Part shown: positions 31,318 through 38,308 of the stretch, in pieces
Layout: each line of letters starts with the position of its first letter
Position numbering within the stretch: the first letter of the stretch is position 1
NCBI GenBank assembly: GCA_021647245.1
Contig: JAKIVC010000006.1
Coordinates: 16,520 to 80,519, forward strand
DNA: 64,000 nt
From: Gammaproteobacteria bacterium
GTDB lineage: Bacteria; Pseudomonadota; Gammaproteobacteria; RBG-16-57-12
Reading direction: 5' to 3'
Notes under the pieces: model-generated
Seen by the model: only the letters and a program-made list of their open reading frames with translations
The model's database searches: none
Told to the model about the DNA's origin: nothing
Made by a program: the position numbers and the translations under genes

Positions 31318-31741
31318 GTTGTTTACTGATGGTGCCTGTAAAGGCAATCCTGGCCCCGGCGGGTGGGGGGCGCTGTTACGATACGATAACAGGGAAAAAC
31401 CGCTGTTTGGCGGCGAAAAGCTGACAACCAATAATCGTATGGAGTTGATGGCAGCCATTATGGGGCTTGAGAGTTTAAGTGAGGCGTGTGAAGTTTCACT
31501 GACCACCGATTCACAATATGTGAAAAACGGCATTAATGACTGGATTATAAACTGGAAAAAACGAGGCTGGAAAACAGCCAATAAAAAACCAGTAAAAAAT
31601 GTGGACCTTTGGCAACGCCTCGATGCGGCGGTGGCACGTCACCAAGTGGAGTGGCACTGGGTGCGCGGCCATACCGGCCATCGTGAAAATGAGATAGCGG
31701 ATGATCTGGCAAACAGAGGGATATCTGAGCTCCCTTCTTAA
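31298..31741 (+). CDS. rnhA: Ribonuclease HI
   Basis: [27 protein letters not shown] and W.WVRGH.GH..NE.AD motifs. Confidence 0.96.
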   Translation: MIVKRVELFTDGACKGNPGPGGWGALLRYDNREKPLFGGEKLTTNNRMELMAAIMGLESLSEACEVSLTTDSQYVKNGINDWIINWKKRGWKTANKKPVKNVDLWQRLDAAVARHQVEWHWVRGHTGHRENEIADDLANRGISELPS

Positions 31742-31778
31742 TTCAGAGATTATTTAAGGCATCAGGACTTATACTATT

Positions 31779-32525
31779 ATGCGCCAAATTATATTGGATA
31801 CAGAGACAACCGGCATAGAGCCTAAATCGGGACATCGTATTATTGAAATCGGTTGTGTTGAGATGATTAACCGCCGTTTGACGGGGAATAACTATCATCA
31901 ATATATTCAGCCTGAGCGAGAGGTGCCGCAGGAGGCGATTGAAATTCATGGTATTACCAATGAATTTTTGACAGATAAACCGCTCTATGGGGCGATTGCC
32001 GATGACTTTCTTCAATTCATCAAAGGGGCAGAGTTAATCATCCACAACGCGGCATTCGATATTGGTTTTATTAACCATGAGTTCAAATTGCTGAATGGTC
32101 AATTTACGGATATTCGTGACCACTGCACGGTGGTTGACACCTTGGCAATGGCACGTAAAAAACACCCAGGGCAGAGAAATAGCCTGGACGCCCTCTGTAA
32201 GCGCTACTTTATTGATAACACCAAGCGTGAGTTGCATGGTGCGCTGCTAGATTCGGAAATTCTCGCAGATGTTTACTTAGCGATGACCGGTGGGCAGCGC
32301 AACCTCTCGCTGGATAGCCAGGGTGATGATAATGCAGATACCATGGAGAGTGCTGATATTCAACGTCTAAAGCCTGGGCGGGCAGCATTGAAAGTGGTCA
32401 CTGCGACAGCAAGTGAACTCGAAGAGCATGATAAGCAGATGCAGTTGATTGATAAAAAGAGTGGCAGCCAGGCAATATGGTTTCAATCAGAGGTGGATGG
32501 TGTCGATAGCAAGGTAGTTCATTAA
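31779..32525 (+). CDS. dnaQ: DNA polymerase III epsilon subunit (proofreading exonuclease)
   Basis: Exo motifs ILDTETTG, IHNAAFD and HGALLDSEILADVY. Confidence 0.96.
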   Translation: MRQIILDTETTGIEPKSGHRIIEIGCVEMINRRLTGNNYHQYIQPEREVPQEAIEIHGITNEFLTDKPLYGAIADDFLQFIKGAELIIHNAAFDIGFINHEFKLLNGQFTDIRDHCTVVDTLAMARKKHPGQRNSLDALCKRYFIDNTKRELHGALLDSEILADVYLAMTGGQRNLSLDSQGDDNADTMESADIQRLKPGRAALKVVTATASELEEHDKQMQLIDKKSGSQAIWFQSEVDGVDSKVVH

Positions 32526-32537
32526 GGATAAAAAAGC

Positions 32538-33293
32538 ATGAAACTACCCGCAACACTGCCCGCCCGATTACGGGCGAGTGCAATCCACTTTGCTCTTAGC
32601 CTGGCTGTTTTCCTGGTACTACTCAGTTTGATTGTCTACGTCTGGTATCCCGATGCGCTGTTTTGGGTCGACGGCGGGGTTAGCGGGGTCCAAATCCTGA
32701 TCGCAGTCGACTTGGTTTTAGGGCCGCTGTTAACCCTGATTATTTACAACCCCACTAAAACACGCCGCCATATTGTGATGGATTTCATGCTGATAGCGGC
32801 CATTCAGGTGGGTGCTTTGGCTTGGGGCGTTAACACCATATATGATCAAAAGCCACTGGCGCTGGTGTTTGATGGCAGTGCTTTTCAGGTTGTGGATAAG
32901 GATTATCTAGAGAAGCAGCAGGTTGATATCGGCTCCTTGAATAGAGAGGGTGCTCCACTGCCGTTGATTTACTACGCCCGCAAGCCTCAAACAACTGAAG
33001 AGGGTGCTGGGGTGGTGATACACCTGTTTATCAACTCGCTTCCCGAATGGGCTGTGGTGACACTTTTTGATCCACTTAAGCTTCATATGGCGGCACTGCA
33101 GGCAGCGTCTGACAAAGTGAAGCGCCGGTATCGTGACAATGAATTAGTCATGGCGCGTTACCACTCGATTTTATCAGGAAACCCGTTAACTGAAGATGAC
33201 TCATTGCTGCTACCGCTCAGTGGCCGCTTTGGTGACGGGTTGATTGTGTTGGATCAGTCGGGTGCCGTGCTGGGAAGCTTTCGTGTTGAGTGA
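32538..33293 (+). CDS. Membrane protein resembling the TfpX/TfpZ-type pilin accessory family
   Basis: The N-terminal TM pattern (AIHFALSLAVFLVLLSLIVYVWYP...VDLVLGPLLTLIIYNP.K) resembles that family as recalled. Not verifiable here. Confidence 0.4.
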   Translation: MKLPATLPARLRASAIHFALSLAVFLVLLSLIVYVWYPDALFWVDGGVSGVQILIAVDLVLGPLLTLIIYNPTKTRRHIVMDFMLIAAIQVGALAWGVNTIYDQKPLALVFDGSAFQVVDKDYLEKQQVDIGSLNREGAPLPLIYYARKPQTTEEGAGVVIHLFINSLPEWAVVTLFDPLKLHMAALQAASDKVKRRYRDNELVMARYHSILSGNPLTEDDSLLLPLSGRFGDGLIVLDQSGAVLGSFRVE

Positions 33294-33325
33294 ACGGTGG
33301 TCAATAAAATCCTCAAAATGAAAAA

Positions 33326-33351
33326 CAGGATGCGTTAAGCGGCGTATCCTG
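33326..33351 (+). terminator. Hairpin downstream of the 32538-33293 gene (possible terminator)
   Basis: CAGGATGCG / CGTATCCTG stem (one G-U pair). A T-rich tract lies only about 15 nt further on. Confidence 0.3.
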
Positions 33352-33410
33352 CTACTGTTTGTGCCTCTTTTTTAGCTGAATTTACAAAAACCAGAGAATA
33401 AAGCATCTCA

Positions 33411-34478
33411 ATGGATAATCGCGTCGAAAATTTGCACATCATCTCCGAAGTTCCCCTGATTCGCCCTGATCAGGTAAAAGCGATGTATCCGCTTACCCCG
33501 GAAAGTATCGACACGGTTATGCAAGGGCAGCAGCAGATTCGCGATATTCTGGATGGAACAGATAAACGTCTGTTTGTGGTGGTTGGCCCCTGTTCCATTC
33601 ATGATGTTGAGTTGGCAGTTGACTACGCCAAGCGGCTTAAGGTGTTGGCTGATGAATTAAAAGAGAGCCTCTGCATTGTGATGCGGGTCTACTTTGAAAA
33701 GCCTCGCACCAGCATCGGTTGGCAGGGGTTGATCAACGACCCTGATATGGATGGTAGCTGTGATATCGCCAAAGGGCTGCTGATGTCACGTAAACTGCTG
33801 CTGAAAATTGCCGAACTGGGTCTACCCGCTGCCGGTGAGGCGCTGGACTTGATCACACCGCAATATGTTCAGGATCTCTTCTCTTGGACGGCGATTGGTG
33901 CGCGTACCACCGAGTCGCAAACCCATCGTAAAATGGCCAGTGGTTTCTCCACACCGGTCGGGTTCAAAAATGGTACCAATGGTGATTATGATGTGGCGAT
34001 CAATGCCATCATCTGCGCAGCCCATAAAAATGATTTTGTCAGTATTGACCCATTGGGGCAGGTGGCGGTTATTCGCACCAAAGGCAACCCCTACACGCAC
34101 ATGGTGTTGCGTGGCGGGAGTGATGGCCCGAATTATGACGCAAAGCATATTTCAGCCTGTGAAAAACAGCTGGCCCATGGCGGGTTGCCACTTAATATTA
34201 TGGTAGATTGCAGCCATGCCAATGCCCAGAAAAACCACCTGAAGCAGTTGGCGGTACTGGATGATATTGCTCAGCAAGTTGTTGACGGCAATCAATCCAT
34301 CAAAGGCGTGATGATTGAGAGCAATATCAAGGCGGGTAACCAGCCCATTCCCGCAGACCATGGTCAGTTAGCCTATGGTGTGTCGGTTACTGATAAGTGC
34401 ATTGATTGGGAGATGACCGAAAATGCACTGCGTGAGCTGGCACAGAAAACCGCAGCAGCACTCAAGAGCCGAGCTTAA
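33411..34478 (+). CDS. Class I (AroF/G/H-type) 3-deoxy-7-phosphoheptulonate (DAHP) synthase
   Basis: Full-length similarity pattern to E. coli DAHP synthases (GPCSIHD, KPRTS.GWQGLINDP, DCSHAN). Isoenzyme specificity cannot be called. Confidence 0.95.
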   Translation: MDNRVENLHIISEVPLIRPDQVKAMYPLTPESIDTVMQGQQQIRDILDGTDKRLFVVVGPCSIHDVELAVDYAKRLKVLADELKESLCIVMRVYFEKPRTSIGWQGLINDPDMDGSCDIAKGLLMSRKLLLKIAELGLPAAGEALDLITPQYVQDLFSWTAIGARTTESQTHRKMASGFSTPVGFKNGTNGDYDVAINAIICAAHKNDFVSIDPLGQVAVIRTKGNPYTHMVLRGGSDGPNYDAKHISACEKQLAHGGLPLNIMVDCSHANAQKNHLKQLAVLDDIAQQVVDGNQSIKGVMIESNIKAGNQPIPADHGQLAYGVSVTDKCIDWEMTENALRELAQKTAAALKSRA

Positions 34479-34484
34479 ACCCTC

Positions 34485-35405
34485 TCACTTGGTATGGCAG
34501 GTGAGACACAATGCGCTTTCCGCATTTGAGACCCGCAAAAAACTGGGAATAAATTCACTGGTTGGCCCTGCCGAAGGCACCCCATGGGGATCATGGCAAG
34601 AGGCACACTCCACCTCATAACCCTCACCCGTCTGGTACATGCGAATTTCGTTGGTATCGCTCCGGCCATTTCCATTGGTATCAAAAAAGCTTAACTTTCC
34701 AAGTTGAATGCCGGTCGGTATCCTAAAGTCGACACCCGCCCCTAGATTGGTGGGGTATTCCACGCCGATGGGGTGGTCATTGCGCAGGTCAGTACTGATG
34801 AAAAATGCTGAAAAATCGGCCATGCCCAGTGAGGGGAACATGGCGGGTGTGCCATGGCAGCGGTTGCAATCGACGATGGTGCTATTAAACATAACCGCGT
34901 GATAGCCACTGGTAGGGCCAGGGCCACTCCAGCTATCGAGAAAGGCCATATCGACATTGAGTTCCTGAGCAGGATTATAGCCACCTGAGCCAGGCATGTT
35001 GATAACCGAGTCCATAGCGATGGTGCCATCGTGACAGGAGAGACAGGTTAAAGAGTTGGCCCCCGGGTCGGTCATCGTCTGGCCCAAGGTAGTGGGCATG
35101 GCGTAGAGTGTATAGGGGTCCGATGGGCGGGTTCTGTTCCAGAGTGGTATCGCCCCCATTTGGCCGCTGGCCCCATGGGGAGTGTGGCAATAGACACACA
35201 CCTCATTGTAGTCGTTGCGATAGGCGTTCATGAACACCTCCATATCTGAGTAGCGCTGGGTCAGGTTATGCCCGGTGTTGGCTACCGTGGTATGGTTAGG
35301 TGCTTTGGAGGCGGCGCGCCAGCCATCCGCAGAGGCTACTGAGGCCATCAATAGCAGACTGCTGATTGTGATGAGTAATATCAGGGGACAGAGCTTGGAA
35401 CGCAT
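34485..35405 (-). CDS. Secreted pentahaem c-type cytochrome, 306 aa
   Basis: Sec signal peptide (…LLMASVASA/DG). Five CxxCH motifs (CVYCH, CLSCH, CNRCH, CASCH, CLTCH), two in the doubled-CXXCH style CxxCH.PH. Paralogue of 59553-60368. Confidence 0.88.
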   Translation of the reverse strand: MRSKLCPLILLITISSLLLMASVASADGWRAASKAPNHTTVANTGHNLTQRYSDMEVFMNAYRNDYNEVCVYCHTPHGASGQMGAIPLWNRTRPSDPYTLYAMPTTLGQTMTDPGANSLTCLSCHDGTIAMDSVINMPGSGGYNPAQELNVDMAFLDSWSGPGPTSGYHAVMFNSTIVDCNRCHGTPAMFPSLGMADFSAFFISTDLRNDHPIGVEYPTNLGAGVDFRIPTGIQLGKLSFFDTNGNGRSDTNEIRMYQTGEGYEVECASCHDPHGVPSAGPTSEFIPSFLRVSNAESALCLTCHTK

Positions 35406-35807
35406 GTAACCTCCACGATCTATACATATAGATGCTAATGATTATTTTGATAGTATAGTTGTTAGTCTTTCGTTAAAACAGATAAAAAATAGGATGTTAT
35501 TTTGTTAGGTAAGTGTTAGTTGGTCTGGCGCTACTACCATAATCACTCTATATATAGTCGACCAACCCTTAAAAACCTTTTGTTTTTTGTTGAATCTGTT
35601 GGCCCGGATATTTCGTGAATTTGTGCAAAGGTCACGCAGGGTGTTGGTTTTACAGGGAATATGCGCTGTGGAGTTAATAGGCAAGTAAAATTGCGTATCA
35701 TGTATGAATGATTCGAATTAAGCGTGGGTGAGTGTTTTGGTGTTAATAGAGAAGGTGTTGGGTGAATTAAAAGCGTCCGAAGAGCCGAAAAAGGCAGCCC
35801 TTTAAGT

Positions 35808-37562
35808 ATGAAAAAACTGATCGATAAATTTGATACACCGATCCATCATGAGCAAATACGCGCCCTGTATCAGCAGTCACCTTTTGTTTTGTTCAGTGTG
35901 CTGGCAGTTACTTTCATTGTTGCCATCTTTTTCTGGGAGCAGGTCGATCATAAGCTGTTGATCTCCTGGGTGGTGATTAACGTGACGCTCACTTTTGCCA
36001 GGGTAGTGCTGGTTAAGTCTTTTCATCGTGTTAACCCCCAGGGCGCTATTCTGGTGAAGTGGGGGCTATTGTTCTCTTTTTCATCGGTGCTTTCTGGTAT
36101 TATTTGGGGTCAAATTGCGGTGTTGTTTATGGATACCCGCGATGTGATTAACACCCTGTTTGCGGTATTGGTGTTAGTTGGCATGGCTTCGGGAAGCCAA
36201 ATTTCGTTGTCCACTTTTTTGCCGGCCTACTTTGGTTTTGGTGTGCCGACGCTGTTGCCACTGGCGGTTGTTTTATTCAATCAGCCTGAGGATACTTTTG
36301 TATTGATTGGCTATATGGTGATGGTGTTCATTATTGCCAGCCTGGCCTTCTCCCTCATTATGAACCGCAATGTTTCGGAGTCGATACGCTTGCGCTTCGA
36401 GAATCTGGATCTTTTGGAGAGCCTTGAGCTGCAAAAAGATATTGCTGAAAAAGCAAATACAGACAAATCCCGGTTTCTTGCGGCGACCAGTCATGACCTT
36501 AGGCAGCCACTGCACGCCATGGATCTCTATTTTGGTGCCTTAAAAAATATACTGACAGAGCCGGCGCAGGTTGAGCTGTTAAATAAAGGACTGCAATCCA
36601 GTGCTGCGCTGGGTGAACTGTTGGCGGCGCTGATGGATGTATCACGCCTGGATGCGGGTGATGTGGTTGTTGATCGCGGGGTCGTTAATGTTGATATTTT
36701 GCTCCAGACTATTTGTGACGAATATCAGGAGAAGGCGAGCTGCCATAAAATGGTGCTTGAGTTTAAGCCGTCGAAACTGCTAGTGGAGAGTGATGAATTA
36801 ATGCTGGGGAGGATGTTGCGCAATCTGGTTAATAATGCGTGCACCCACAGTGAAGGAACTCATGTTGCACTTAAAGCCGAGAGGGTGGGGGAGCAGGTGC
36901 TGCTCACGGTATGCGATGATGGTAAAGGCATTCCTGAGCCGCAACAGCGACAGGTGTTTTCTGAGTTTTATCAGTTGAATAACCCTGAACGCGATAGAAA
37001 TAAAGGCCTAGGCCTGGGTTTGGCTATCGTTAAGCGCCTTGCTCGTTTGCTACACCATGAGTTGCACTTGGAGAGTGCGGCAGGAGGTGGCTGCTCTTTT
37101 AAGTTGCGCCTACCCTTCGCGGGGGTGGTTGATAATGTGATTACCGATGCGGTGGACACCGCCAGTTTGGATGTCTCTGGGCTGTTTGTCATTCTTATTG
37201 ATGATGAAGCGGATATCAGAAACGCCATGCGTACTCTGCTGTTGCAGTGGGGGTGCGAGTTACTGGTGGCGGATAGCCTGAAGTCATTGCAGCGGGAGCT
37301 GGCCGAGATTAACTACCCGCAGCCCGATGTATTGCTGTGTGACTATCGCCTGCGGGAGAATCAGAATGGCTTGGAGGTCGTTATCGCGATGCGGCAATAT
37401 TTCAATACAGAAATTCCAGCGCTTATTATCAGTGGTGATACCGACAAGGTGATAGAAGTGGCGGCGGTGACGCAGGGATGTGATGTTTTACACAAACCGA
37501 TCCGACCCGAGCGATTGCGCACCGCAATTTATAACCTTGCTGCTTTATCTGCAGATGCCTAA
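35808..37562 (+). CDS. Hybrid sensor histidine kinase/response regulator (membrane sensor domain, HisKA, HATPase, receiver)
   Basis: About 6 predicted TM helices, then H-box FLAATSHDLRQPL, N/G boxes (LVNNACTH, GLGLGLAIV), and a C-terminal receiver (ILIDDE...LLCDYRL...ISGD). No HPt domain. Confidence 0.9.
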   Translation: MKKLIDKFDTPIHHEQIRALYQQSPFVLFSVLAVTFIVAIFFWEQVDHKLLISWVVINVTLTFARVVLVKSFHRVNPQGAILVKWGLLFSFSSVLSGIIWGQIAVLFMDTRDVINTLFAVLVLVGMASGSQISLSTFLPAYFGFGVPTLLPLAVVLFNQPEDTFVLIGYMVMVFIIASLAFSLIMNRNVSESIRLRFENLDLLESLELQKDIAEKANTDKSRFLAATSHDLRQPLHAMDLYFGALKNILTEPAQVELLNKGLQSSAALGELLAALMDVSRLDAGDVVVDRGVVNVDILLQTICDEYQEKASCHKMVLEFKPSKLLVESDELMLGRMLRNLVNNACTHSEGTHVALKAERVGEQVLLTVCDDGKGIPEPQQRQVFSEFYQLNNPERDRNKGLGLGLAIVKRLARLLHHELHLESAAGGGCSFKLRLPFAGVVDNVITDAVDTASLDVSGLFVILIDDEADIRNAMRTLLLQWGCELLVADSLKSLQRELAEINYPQPDVLLCDYRLRENQNGLEVVIAMRQYFNTEIPALIISGDTDKVIEVAAVTQGCDVLHKPIRPERLRTAIYNLAALSADA

Positions 37563-38141
37563 AAGTTCGCGTGCTTTCAGACCAGCCTGCATGCGATTAT
37601 CGACCCTCAGTAAACGCAGCAGTACAGTGACGTACTGCTTGATGGTACCTTCCGATAGATACATCTTTTTTGCAATACCCTTGTTGCTCAGCCCTTCGGC
37701 AAGATGAGCGAGAATCTGCTTCTGTTTATCTGAAAGGTCAATTGTATTGGCTTTATCCAGATCAATAGGTAGATAACGAACACCCGATAACACCTGTTTT
37801 ACTGCCAGTAAAATGGTCTCACCGGAGGATGATTTGGTGACATAGCCGGCTGCGCCTGCGTCAATACAGCTGCGAATGGTCTGGCTATTTTCATCGGCAG
37901 AAACGATCATCAAATGTGTGTCTTTTAGCTGCGAACAGAGCTGTTGGATACTGACAGCCCCCTGCATTCCTGGCATCCCCAAATCCATCATCAGTAAATC
38001 GTAATCCGTGTGATGCAGGCGCTCCCTGACACTATCCAGTGTATCGGCAAAATCAATGGTCATATTTTCATCGAGTTGTTTCAACCAGACCGCCATGCTG
38101 TCGCGGAACAGGCCGTGGTCATCGGCAAGTAATAGATGCAA
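37545..38141 (-). CDS. NarL/FixJ (LuxR-type HTH) response regulator
   Basis: Receiver (LLLADDHGLFR, LLMMDLGMPG) plus a LuxR HTH (LSDKQKQILAHLAEGLSNKGIAKKMYLSEGTIKQYV). The 3' end overlaps the kinase 3' end by 18 nt on the opposite strand. Confidence 0.9.
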   Translation of the reverse strand: MHLLLADDHGLFRDSMAVWLKQLDENMTIDFADTLDSVRERLHHTDYDLLMMDLGMPGMQGAVSIQQLCSQLKDTHLMIVSADENSQTIRSCIDAGAAGYVTKSSSGETILLAVKQVLSGVRYLPIDLDKANTIDLSDKQKQILAHLAEGLSNKGIAKKMYLSEGTIKQYVTVLLRLLRVDNRMQAGLKARELLGICR

Positions 38142-38180
38142 AACGGTGCGGCCTCAGAGATAGAAATAGAGTGGATGACC

Positions 38181-38239
38181 CTAACCCATTTTTCGTCGCA
38201 ATACTAACCAAAGTTAGTCGCAGTTACTAACCAAAGTTA
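38181..38239. promoter_or_regulatory. Phased operator-like repeats in the divergent promoter region
   Basis: Tandem units GTCGCAATACTAACCAAAGTTA and GTCGCAGTTACTAACCAAAGTTA, plus a degenerate third copy (CTAACCCATTTTT). The CTAACC cores sit at 38181, 38204 and 38227, an exact 23-bp phasing. Each core contains the imperfect palindrome TAAC-N4-GTTA. Confidence 0.45.
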
Positions 38240-38308
38240 ATATTGGATAGAGGCTGTTTAGGTGATAATGAGCGCACTAAATATCAGCATTAAAAAAGGA
38301 TTTGCCAC

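Noticed and set aside
33326-33338. The 13-mer CAGGATGCGTTAA is shared with 55833-55845, both within small hairpins (a possible REP-like family).
   Set aside because: By my estimate, dozens of 13-mer coincidences are expected by chance in 64 kb on both strands. The flanks do not align further.
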